A DNA stretch of 64,000 nt, from NCBI GenBank assembly GCA_963799845.1, contig CAWCYI010000004.1:1664001-1728000 (forward strand), given 5' to 3'. This document shows positions 51,425-60,287 of the stretch, piece by piece. Positions within the stretch are counted from its first letter, which is position 1; every line of letters begins with the position of its first letter. The DNA is from an uncultured Nitrososphaerota archaeon. Lineage in GTDB: Archaea > Thermoproteota > Nitrososphaeria > Nitrososphaerales > CADDZS01. The translations under genes were made by a program, and so were the position numbers. The notes under the pieces were generated by a model. That model had not been told where the DNA came from, ran no database searches, and saw nothing but the letters and a program-made list of their open reading frames with translations.

Positions 51425-52678
51425 GTGTCAAGCAAAGAATTGAATCCTTACGACAACGCAATGAAACAATTAAGCAGCACCGCCAGAATAATCGGTCTCG
51501 ACGCGGACATCCTCGAGACGCTGTCCCAGCCGAAGAGAATCCTTTCGGTCTCTCTGCCGGTCAGACTGGATAACGGCAGGATCAAGAATTTCCAGGGTTA
51601 TCGAGTGCAGTACAGCGACGCGAGGGGGCCCTTCAAGGGAGGGATAAGGTACCACCCCAACGTTTCCCTCGACGAAGTTAAGGCGCTTGCCACCTGGATG
51701 ACTTGGAAGTGCGCGGTCGTTGATATCCCGTACGGCGGCGCAAAGGGCGGAGTAATTTGCGATCCGAAGAACATGTCGCTTCGGGAAAAGGAGAGGCTAA
51801 CGAGGAGATATACGTCAGCCATTGCAGATTTCATCGGACCCCGCAAAGATATTCCGGCGCCCGACGTCTACACCGATCCGCAGACGATGGGCTGGATTCT
51901 CGACACATACAGCCAGATTCACGGGTTCCCGGTTCCGGAAGTCGTGACGGGAAAACCAATTTCATTAGGCGGTTCTGAAGGGCGAAACAACTCTACCGCC
52001 CGCGGTTGCGTGATTTGTGCTCGCGAAGCGGCAAAAGTAACTAAACTACCGCTGAAAGGGGCGAGCGCCGCGGTTCAGGGATACGGCAACGCAGGCTCGT
52101 GGGCTGCAGTATTCTTGAAAGAACTTGGCGTGAAAGTTGTCGCTGTCAGCGATTCGAAGGGAGGAATCATGTCCAAATCGGGACTTGATCCTGCAAAGGT
52201 GCAATCATACAAGGACAAGACAGGATCAGTTGTGGGTCTGGAGGGAACTTCGGAAATCAGCAACGAAGAACTCCTAGAGTCGGACGTGGACATCCTGATC
52301 CCCGCCGCGCTTGAAAACGCCATAACTGCAAAGAATGCTCCGAACGTCAAGGCGAAGATTATTTGCGAAGCCGCAAACGGGCCGACGACGCCGGATGCCG
52401 ACAAGATCCTCGCCAAAAACAAGGTCTTCTTGGTACCCGATATCCTAGCGAATTCGGGCGGCGTTACGGTCAGCTACCTTGAATGGGTCCAGAACCTGTC
52501 CAGAGAACACTGGACTGAAGAGGCGGTGAACCAGAAGTTAGAGCAAAAGATGGTCTCCGGGTTCAAGGGAGCATACGAAGCTTCGATGAAGTACGGCGTC
52601 GAAATGAGGGACGGTGCGCTCGCTGTCTCCATCGGCCGCGTAGCTGACGCGATAAAGACTCTGGGAATGTGGCCGTGA
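51425..52678 (+). CDS. gdhA: glutamate dehydrogenase
   Basis: GPFKGGIRYHP, GGAKGG, DIPAPDV, VTGKP, QGYGNAG, EAANGP; start GTG 51425. Confidence 0.95.
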   Translation: MSSKELNPYDNAMKQLSSTARIIGLDADILETLSQPKRILSVSLPVRLDNGRIKNFQGYRVQYSDARGPFKGGIRYHPNVSLDEVKALATWMTWKCAVVDIPYGGAKGGVICDPKNMSLREKERLTRRYTSAIADFIGPRKDIPAPDVYTDPQTMGWILDTYSQIHGFPVPEVVTGKPISLGGSEGRNNSTARGCVICAREAAKVTKLPLKGASAAVQGYGNAGSWAAVFLKELGVKVVAVSDSKGGIMSKSGLDPAKVQSYKDKTGSVVGLEGTSEISNEELLESDVDILIPAALENAITAKNAPNVKAKIICEAANGPTTPDADKILAKNKVFLVPDILANSGGVTVSYLEWVQNLSREHWTEEAVNQKLEQKMVSGFKGAYEASMKYGVEMRDGALAVSIGRVADAIKTLGMWP

Positions 52679-52689
52679 TCTGTTGGTTC

Positions 52690-52718
52690 GAGGGATTCGG
52701 CTCGCAGGCCGATCCCTC
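52690..52718 (+). terminator. hairpin downstream of gdhA
   Basis: AGGGAT(t)CGGC-tcgcag-GCCGATCCCT. Confidence 0.45.
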
Positions 52719-52849
52719 TGAATTGCGGCATTAATCTTAGAGCAGGCCAACCAAAGATGTGGAACAATTCTGGACCGGCTCTCTGAATAATTTTAGAAAA
52801 TAATAATCTCGCGAGACCGTTATATAGGACGCTCATCGATGAGCGCGGC

Positions 52850-54463
52850 GTGGCATCGTCACCCGCCCCAGAAGAAAAGAAGCAAGTTTTTGTCAGAAAC
52901 GCGACCGGTCTAACAAAGTCGCTGTCTCCCTTTGATCTCTTCAACCTGAGTTACGGCCAGATAATGCCCGCCGTGGGCATTGTATTCATCGTATCTCTAA
53001 GCCCATTTGCCTTCCCCCAGAGCAATATGTTTCTCGCGTTCCTGATTGCGATTCCGCTCGTCGGGCTGGGTCCCGCACTGCTATACTCGATGCTGGGAGC
53101 CGCGATGCCGAGGACGGGAGGAGATTACGTGTATGTCAGCAGGGTGATTCATCCGGCCCTGGGATTCATGACGAACTGGCTGTTTACTCTAACGGTGATC
53201 AGTTTCATTGGAGACGCAGGATATGTATTTCCCTCAAGCGCTCTAAATATCTTCGTCGCCACGATCGGTCAGATGACGGGAAATCAATCGCTCGTTGCAA
53301 ACTCGGTCTGGTTCACAACGCACACTGGTGAAATCGCAACCGGAACGATACTCATACTGGGGGTTACGATATTGATGGTTTTGGGGCGTGCCGTTTGGAA
53401 CTTTATGAAAATCCTATTCTTCATAGTCATGCTCGGAACAATCGTCAACATCATTTACCTGCTTACCGTTTCCAACGCGACTTTCATCACCACCTTCAAC
53501 AACATGTTCGCGTCTCAAGGAATCTCATATCAAGGTCTCATCAATAGCGCCGTGACCGCCGGGTACAAAACTGGCTGGACATTTTCGGGAACTATCGGCG
53601 GTCTCGTCTACGCGATGGCTGGCCTCATCGGTTTCAACTTCGCTGCCTACAGCGCGGGAGAGGCAAAGTCTTCATCCAAGAGCATGCCACTTGCGATCGT
53701 TGGAAGCCTCATAATAGGAGGCGTGCTGTTTTCCGCCTGGGCTTTTGGGATTTACCACGCGTTCGGCTATGATTTCTTCTCCGCGACAAACTATCTGGCG
53801 AACTGCGGTTGCTCTTCCGTTGTACTGCCGATCCCGGTTTCTGTGAACTCGCTTTTCACAATACTCCAGCAGAATCCGATTCTTGAAATCCTGGGAGCTC
53901 TGGCGTTCGGTCTCGCGTGGATCTGGCTGACTCCCACCGACTTTATTCCGGTCGTGCGAAACATGTTCGCCTGGTCGTTTGATCGCGTCGGCCCGGAGCA
54001 GCTCGCGGATGTCAACCCGAGGTTCGGCTCGCCTGTAAAGGCAATCCTGCTCACGGCAGGTCTGGGAGAGTTGCTTCTCATCCTCTTTGTCTACACCAAT
54101 TTTGGCGTCGCATTCGCAAACACTACAATCCTCCTGAATCTGGTCTTCTTCATCACGAGCTTTGCGGGGATACTTTTTCCGTACAGGGCAAAGGCGGTGT
54201 TCGAACAGTCGCCCCGTTGGGTGAAGGCAAAGATCGGCAACATACCGATTATTACTTTGGTCGGAATTTTCTCCGCCATAGTGCAGTCAATACTCCTCTA
54301 CGGCTCTTTCACGAACGCGTTCATCGGAGGTGCGCCCGCATCGTACCCAATCGCGGGTGGGCTTGCGGTTGCAGGACTGGTCATCTTCTACGTTGCAAAG
54401 GCGTACCGGAAAAGCAAGGGAATAAACTTGGATCTTGTGTTCAAGGAAATCCCGCCGGAATAA
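52850..54463 (+). CDS. APC family amino acid permease, paralog of 24062-25756
   Basis: FVRNATGLTK, PRTGGDYV, FAWSFD, EIPPE. Confidence 0.9.
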   Translation: MASSPAPEEKKQVFVRNATGLTKSLSPFDLFNLSYGQIMPAVGIVFIVSLSPFAFPQSNMFLAFLIAIPLVGLGPALLYSMLGAAMPRTGGDYVYVSRVIHPALGFMTNWLFTLTVISFIGDAGYVFPSSALNIFVATIGQMTGNQSLVANSVWFTTHTGEIATGTILILGVTILMVLGRAVWNFMKILFFIVMLGTIVNIIYLLTVSNATFITTFNNMFASQGISYQGLINSAVTAGYKTGWTFSGTIGGLVYAMAGLIGFNFAAYSAGEAKSSSKSMPLAIVGSLIIGGVLFSAWAFGIYHAFGYDFFSATNYLANCGCSSVVLPIPVSVNSLFTILQQNPILEILGALAFGLAWIWLTPTDFIPVVRNMFAWSFDRVGPEQLADVNPRFGSPVKAILLTAGLGELLLILFVYTNFGVAFANTTILLNLVFFITSFAGILFPYRAKAVFEQSPRWVKAKIGNIPIITLVGIFSAIVQSILLYGSFTNAFIGGAPASYPIAGGLAVAGLVIFYVAKAYRKSKGINLDLVFKEIPPE

Positions 54464-54509
54464 GCTCGACAGCAATTTCTTTTCAGCTCGTAGGTGGCGA
54501 AGCAGTTTC

Positions 54510-55490
54510 ATGACCAGTGTACTTTATGGAAAAGTGGATGGGCAGGGGGAGACCTTTGGAGATTTCGCAGTTATGACCATGGACGTTCCGTGGAATCTCG
54601 TGAAGGATCGCATCGGCGGCAGGCCCGCGAGGGTCGTCATGACTGAGGGCCTCGAGGTCAACTATCTCGACAGCCTGGTGAAGGATCTTCCGAAGATTGA
54701 CACGGTCGTCGGGATCGGCGGCGGCCAGGCCGTTGACACTGCGAAATATTTCGCGTGGAAGCGCGGTTGCAAAGCCGTGTTCATCCCGACGATTGTATCC
54801 GTGAACGCCTACGCGACACCGGCTGCCGCGGTGAGGTTCGACGGCAAGGTGAACTATCTTGGAAACGTTGTGCCCGAGAAGATCATAATCGACTATCCCG
54901 CGATCCAGTCCGCTCCAAAACGTCTCAACACCGCAGGAACCGGCGATATCTACTCATGCCGGACTGCTCTATTTGACTGGTGGCTGGCGCACGAGAAAAT
55001 CGGCGAATTTTATGACGAAAAAATTGCTGACGAGTCGCGACAGATCTTGAGCACGCTCGTTGGCAACGGAAGCGAAATCAAGAACGTTACCGATAGGGGG
55101 ATAAAGACCCTCGTCCAGCTGCACATCGACACGAACACCGTTCAGCTCGAGGCAAAGACACCACGACCGGAGGAAGGGAGCGAGCACCTGTTTTTTTACA
55201 CGCTTGAAGAGCTGACCAGACGCGCCTTCGTCCACGGCGAGGTTGTGGGAACCGGAATTTACATTCTGACGCACTTCCAGAATAATGAGGAAGCGATCGT
55301 TGAGCGAGAGATGGACGCGATGGGTCTATTATTCCGCCCAAAGGATTACGGAATCACACGCGAGGAATTCATCGACACGGTTCTCCAGATGAAGAGATAC
55401 TCCCGGGAGGCAAAATCCATGTTTACCATCGTGGATGTGGTCGACATCACCCGAGACGACGCCGAGATGCTTTGGAAGAAGCTGGCCTGA
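54510..55490 (+). CDS. glycerol-1-phosphate dehydrogenase-like protein (DHQS/Fe-ADH superfamily)
   Basis: GIGGG..VDTAKY, PT..S, GTGD, GSEH, HGEVV. Confidence 0.8.
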   Translation: MTSVLYGKVDGQGETFGDFAVMTMDVPWNLVKDRIGGRPARVVMTEGLEVNYLDSLVKDLPKIDTVVGIGGGQAVDTAKYFAWKRGCKAVFIPTIVSVNAYATPAAAVRFDGKVNYLGNVVPEKIIIDYPAIQSAPKRLNTAGTGDIYSCRTALFDWWLAHEKIGEFYDEKIADESRQILSTLVGNGSEIKNVTDRGIKTLVQLHIDTNTVQLEAKTPRPEEGSEHLFFYTLEELTRRAFVHGEVVGTGIYILTHFQNNEEAIVEREMDAMGLLFRPKDYGITREEFIDTVLQMKRYSREAKSMFTIVDVVDITRDDAEMLWKKLA

Positions 55491-56069
55491 TAACTCATCT
55501 CTGAGCGGGAGTATCTGCTACCCAGAAATAATCTGGAAAACGCCGAAAAATTCTTCCTGATCTCTGGGAGATAATGCCCTACTTCGAAAGAAAGTCCGAC
55601 ACGGGTTCGGAGTTCTATTTCGAGCTGAAGAATGGCAAAGCATGTTTTCTCTGTGACGCAGGAATTTTCTTCTTTTCCCCGCTATCTAACACGATGCGAC
55701 GGCTGATAACCAGATCGGATTTTTCTCCTTCCTACTTCCACTAATTCTCGGATGGCTGACAAACCTAATAATTACGAGAAGGCGAAACAAAGTATTCGTC
55801 GGCCGTGAGCTTGACGGACTACTTTCAGACCCCAAGCTCAATTACACCAAGAGAGAATGGGCAGAGGTCAACAAGGTCTACCTCAGACATTATCGGATCG
55901 TGATAAAGTGGCATTCATCGACGTTCATTACTGACAGAGGGCTGACGCTCCCTTTTTGTTGCTACGTCTTACGTCGAGCTAAAGTCTTTCTTGCTGCGCG
56001 TAGTCGGAGACCGACTGATCGAGAAACGCTGAGGTCATCAATGAACTATTCGCTGATCGCGAAATAAGA

Positions 56070-56756
56070 TCACTGTGATACCAGAGAACCAGCTAAGAAA
56101 AATCCCGAGGCAAAGTAAACAACGTACTGGAACGTCTGCCCGTGGGGGAGCTGAATCGGATTTGACGATTCGGGATAAAATGTGAAGAAGCTGATCTGAG
56201 CGCCCGGCACCGCGTTGTCACCCGGATGGCTGGATGAAAAGACTACAAGGTTTGCGGCGCTAGAAGCAGATGTGGTGTTGTCCCAAGCATTAATCGTCGG
56301 ACCATATGGAGAGACAAGAATAATCGAAGTTATGAAGGTGCTTGAATTTGGATTGTTGAACGCCAGCAAAAGGCTCGCAGTTCCCTGGGAGGAGCTCGTG
56401 GCGCTTGCTCCGCCATAGAGCGATGCCTCAGCAACCGTGATGTTGGAGACGACCTGGGTTGTCTGCGCCAAAGTCACGGTAGTACTCGGTGTTACGGTAG
56501 AAGTCGAAACTTCGCTGGATAATTGGGTAGCTGTGCTGACGACAGTTACCGTACCGTTCATGAAGACAGTGCTGAACTGTGTCTGGATTAACGTCTTCGA
56601 AACAATCGAAGTGACCGAAGTCGTGAGAGTGCTGACGCTAGTATCGGTGATTGCATGGTCGGTCGTAGTGAAATTTACAATCCCGATGCCTATGACAACG
56701 ACCAGGAGAGCAATGATCGCCGCTGTCGCGACCAGCCCGTGTTTTGAGTCGGCCAA
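56070..56756 (-). CDS. membrane-anchored Thr/Ser-rich surface protein
   Basis: N-terminal TM, Thr-rich stalk, C-terminal beta domain. Confidence 0.7.
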   Translation of the reverse strand: MADSKHGLVATAAIIALLVVVIGIGIVNFTTTDHAITDTSVSTLTTSVTSIVSKTLIQTQFSTVFMNGTVTVVSTATQLSSEVSTSTVTPSTTVTLAQTTQVVSNITVAEASLYGGASATSSSQGTASLLLAFNNPNSSTFITSIILVSPYGPTINAWDNTTSASSAANLVVFSSSHPGDNAVPGAQISFFTFYPESSNPIQLPHGQTFQYVVYFASGFFLAGSLVSQ

Positions 56757-57035
56757 AAGCCCATCCGGACTTGAAACACCCTCCCGATCTTAATTAGGTT
56801 CGGAATATCGACTATTGATTTCGAATCTCTAGCAGTTCTCTGCCCCCGGTTAGGAACGAAGCCAAGTGTTATTTCTCAGTTGTGCAATGACAATTAGTCT
56901 AAGATCGCGATGGATTAGAATGCCGACTTGATACAAACAATTGGAATGGTGTTCTGATTGTGAAAAAAATGTAGAACGGGAGGTTCAAAAGTGCAATATT
57001 ATAATCGATACTCTCGCCCCCGTTCTTTAAGACTC

Positions 57036-57257
57036 ATGTCTCAACAGAAAACCAAGACGGACACTTACAGGCCACACGTAAAGCAGACGATAAAGGTTAT
57101 CGGCCGGACAATATTCTGCGCCCGGTGTGACGAAGAAGTGGCGACTTACTACTGCCCGTGCGGAGTCTTTCTTTGCACGATTGATTTTGTCTCGCACAAT
57201 TGCACGAATACGCTGAAGGAAACTTACTACAAGGACCTGATCCAGGCACTAAGGTAA
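57036..57257 (+). CDS. small B-box-like zinc finger protein
   Basis: QTIKVIGRTIFCARCDEEVATYYCPCGVFLCTIDFVSHNC. Confidence 0.75.
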   Translation: MSQQKTKTDTYRPHVKQTIKVIGRTIFCARCDEEVATYYCPCGVFLCTIDFVSHNCTNTLKETYYKDLIQALR

Positions 57258-57311
57258 TCATGGCAGTAACTTCGGCAATTCCTCGACTACGAAGTAGATT
57301 TTGTTTCAGGA

Positions 57312-58196
57312 TCAAGTTACAGCTATGGGCGTTACCGGCGATCCTGTTCCGCCCCGAATTCGAAGCGGCAGGCAAACGAACAAAAACTTCAGAGCTCGAT
57401 CCTGGGAAACTTCTTCGAGAAAAAGATTCTCGATCATCCTGATGCCATTTTTCGTGATCAGGTACTGGTGGACATCGTCCGCCCCTCTGATTTCCTTTGA
57501 AGGATCGACCTCGACATTCCAGGTGTCGGAGCCGACGACAACAGCGCCTTGATCTGCGAGCCACTCGGCGGCCGATAGATCAATGCCCGGAACCGGGCCT
57601 AGAAATTTAGCGTTGTCAGACATCCAGTACTTGCCCCAGCCGGTGCGGATCAATACGACATCTCCCTCTCTAACTTTCACCCGAGTTGCCTCCGCGCAAT
57701 TTCTGATCTCTTTCGCAGAAATCGCGTAACCTCCATCCAGCGCCGGCACCTTGAAAAAAGACGCGACGTCGATCAAGATCCCTCTCGTAAAGATTGGTGG
57801 CGTCTTCTCGATCCCCAGCTTCGTCGTGCCGAACGTCCCCATTATTTCTTCGGAGACGTGGCCGTTGTACAATCTCTCCCCGATCGAAATGTGATTTAAC
57901 CCGTCGATGTGAGTGCCGGTGTGGTCTGCCATTTCAAGCCTGGTGTTCATCCCGCCCGCGTCGTTTGTCTTTCCCGGAGATTTTAGATCCAGGCTGTGGC
58001 GGCGAAATGTGGTGTAGAGAAACTGACCGTGGAAGGAGAGGCTTGGTATCCCCTCTTCGAGGACGTGAGCCAAGTTGTAGGTCTTTCCCTTTTTGACGAG
58101 ACGAGCGGCTTCCACTATCATCAATGGATTGACTGCGCCCAGCGCGCCGATCTCATCTTCCGCTCCCCACTTTGACGGATACCATTTGTCTGCCAT
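57312..58196 (-). CDS. cyclase family (kynurenine formamidase-like) metallohydrolase
   Basis: HTGTHIDG, IRTGW, GSDT, H....NG..MIENL, GGTGSP. Confidence 0.9.
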   Translation of the reverse strand: MADKWYPSKWGAEDEIGALGAVNPLMIVEAARLVKKGKTYNLAHVLEEGIPSLSFHGQFLYTTFRRHSLDLKSPGKTNDAGGMNTRLEMADHTGTHIDGLNHISIGERLYNGHVSEEIMGTFGTTKLGIEKTPPIFTRGILIDVASFFKVPALDGGYAISAKEIRNCAEATRVKVREGDVVLIRTGWGKYWMSDNAKFLGPVPGIDLSAAEWLADQGAVVVGSDTWNVEVDPSKEIRGADDVHQYLITKNGIRMIENLFLEEVSQDRALKFLFVCLPLRIRGGTGSPVTPIAVT

Positions 58197-58287
58197 AACT
58201 TCTCGTGCTCGCGAGACATCCCGTTAAAGCACTTTTGATTTTCGCAGATGGTCCAGGGTTCATGATTAAATATACTCTCTATTCCAG

Positions 58288-59394
58288 ATGATTTTCATGT
58301 CACTTGAATCCGACTCTCTTGGTTTGCTGAAGGAGCTTTCGGAATCCTTCGGGCCTTCGGGCTTTGAACGAGAACCGGCGGCGATTGTAAAACGCGTGGG
58401 CTCGCAATTTGCGGATGAAATATTGCACGACAAGATCGGCTCGATAATTCTCAAAAAAAGAGGGACGAGTGAATCGCCGAAAATTCTCATGGCGGGGCAC
58501 ATGGACGAGGTCGGATTCGTGATAACTGGAGTTGATCCCCTGACCGGATATCTCGCGTTCGCTGCGCTGGGCGGCTGGTTTGACCAGGTTCTCCTGGGGC
58601 ACAGGGTGACGATCAGGACGCGCAAGGGCGACGTGATCGGAGTCATCGCTGCAAAGCCGTGGCATCTTCTGACGGTCGAGGAGAGGGAAAAGGTCGTGAA
58701 AATGGATAACATGTTCATCGATGTTGGAGCTGATGACTCGGTCGTCGCAATGGACGAGCTCGGAGTGCGCATCGGCGATCCGGTTGCCCCGTGGACTCAA
58801 TTTACGATGGTGCGCGGCAATCGAATAGCGATCGGCAAGGCGTTCGACGACCGCGTTGGAACATTCGTTGGGCTGGAAGTCCTGCGCCGGATGAGTTTTA
58901 GAAAAGTCGAACATCCAAACACGATTTACGTCGGCGGGACGGTCCAGGAAGAAGTGGGATTGCGCGGCGCGAATACCGTCGCACACGTGGTTGACGCGGA
59001 TGTCGCGTTCGCACTCGAAGTGGATATCGCCGGAGACGTTCCGGGAATAAAGCCAAGCGAAGCTCCGTCAAAGTTGGGCAAGGGGCCCAGCATACTCACC
59101 TTCGATGCGTCGATGATACCGAACCAGGAGCTCAAGCGTTTTGTAATTGATACAGCAGAGTCCGAGGGCATACCGTACCAGCTTTCGACGGTGGCGAAGG
59201 GCGGGACCGACGCGGGGAAGTTCAACCTGAATAAAGCTGGATGTCCTTCAATCGTGATCAGCGTGCCCACGAGGCACATCCATTCCCACGAAGCAATCGT
59301 GGACACGAGGGACATTGATACCACAGTGAGACTGATGCTCGCTCTGATTCAGAAACTTGACCACAAAACGGTGAAAAGCTTTACTCAGAACTGA
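58288..59394 (+). CDS. M42 (TET) aminopeptidase
   Basis: GPSGFE, GHMDEVG, AFDDRVG, QEEVGLRGA, GGTDAG, RHIHS. Confidence 0.95.
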   Translation: MIFMSLESDSLGLLKELSESFGPSGFEREPAAIVKRVGSQFADEILHDKIGSIILKKRGTSESPKILMAGHMDEVGFVITGVDPLTGYLAFAALGGWFDQVLLGHRVTIRTRKGDVIGVIAAKPWHLLTVEEREKVVKMDNMFIDVGADDSVVAMDELGVRIGDPVAPWTQFTMVRGNRIAIGKAFDDRVGTFVGLEVLRRMSFRKVEHPNTIYVGGTVQEEVGLRGANTVAHVVDADVAFALEVDIAGDVPGIKPSEAPSKLGKGPSILTFDASMIPNQELKRFVIDTAESEGIPYQLSTVAKGGTDAGKFNLNKAGCPSIVISVPTRHIHSHEAIVDTRDIDTTVRLMLALIQKLDHKTVKSFTQN

Positions 59395-59419
59395 GCGTTC
59401 ATTGCTCGGATGTGCGTTT

Positions 59420-59680
59420 ACGTGGATTTTTAGGTACGTACACAAGACCTGCATGATTCAAAGATTTTGGAAATACCTGAAAACCGCCATTCTCTAACCA
59501 AAAATTTCAGAATCCAGCTGTCAGTGGCCAACAGAGCTTGAAACGAGCTCTTTGGTACGCAGAATTGTGCCCCCGTGTAGAAAAAGGAGAAAATTGTATA
59601 TTAAATCAATGAGATTAAACAATCGCTTTGTAAAGCCAAATAGGTCTACAGGTACGCGAAAAAGACCTAGCAGGAATCGG
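59420..59680 (+). repeat. dispersed non-coding repeat, copy B; ends approximate
   Basis: Dyad AGAGCTTGAAACGAGCTCT 59533-59551, then GGTACGCAGAATTG, TATA-like TTGTATATTAAATCAATGA, and TAGGTCT...AGACCTA hairpin. Confidence 0.75.
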
Positions 59681-59842
59681 ATCTACGGCTTCGAGCCCCA
59701 GCCGATTTTTTCAATGAGGAATTACTCCGACGGTATGATTAACGCTCCAAATTTGTTTTAGCTCTTCAAGCTTAATCTTCGAGCGTGAAACGCAACCCCT
59801 TCATTTCGAAAATGAATTCCGACGGCTCGCAGACATGATCAC

Positions 59843-59990
59843 AGCTCGTGGACACAGCTCCCTAAGCTCCGTTCAGCTCGTTTTCAAGCTCTTCTGAGCT
59901 AACAGAGCTTGAACGTCAGCTCTTCAGCAAAAAAGTGCTCAAGTGTGTAGAAACGCAGAAAAAAATTCTATATAAGAATCAATGAGAACT
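59843..59990 (+). repeat. phased AGCT array plus repeat copy C
   Basis: AGCT at 59843, 59856, 59865, 59875, 59887, 59897, 59906, 59918; then GTGTAGAAA...TATATAAGAATCAATGAGA as in copy B. Confidence 0.75.
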
Positions 59991-60287
59991 CGTATATGAA
60001 CGAGAAGGTACTCCTTAGGTTTTCAAGACACAATGATGGTCATCGTTAACTATTGTGTAATATTATTGCAACAAACGATTAGGCATTCTATATTGTTGTG
60101 AGTCGGAAAGTGAATTCGGATCGAAAAATAGAAAATAATTCTCAATAAAACCTATAGAGTACTTTTAGGGCACATTGTTATAGAATATAGAATTTTGGTT
60201 TTTGAAAATAGTGCTACCAATGAGAATTGATTCCGATATAGATTATTGTCAAAAGAAAAATATACCTTCCTCTTCCCATACGCGAAC

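Noticed and set aside
55500-56068. Intergenic stretch with short ORF fragments and a GAGCTTG...CAAGCTC stem
   Set aside because: No recognisable product or RNA family; probably decayed coding sequence.
58266-59324. Long antisense ORFs over the M42 gene, and similar ones over gdhA, the permeases and the phosphoesterase
   Set aside because: Shadow ORFs of GC-rich genes with no motifs of their own.
59552-59761. 69-aa ORF inside repeat copy B
   Set aside because: The frame is not conserved in copies A and C, which stop early after the shared ATG.
59420-60000. Repeats considered as a CRISPR array or integron attC sites
   Set aside because: No regular repeat-spacer period, no cas or intI gene in the window, and no matching GTTRRRY end.
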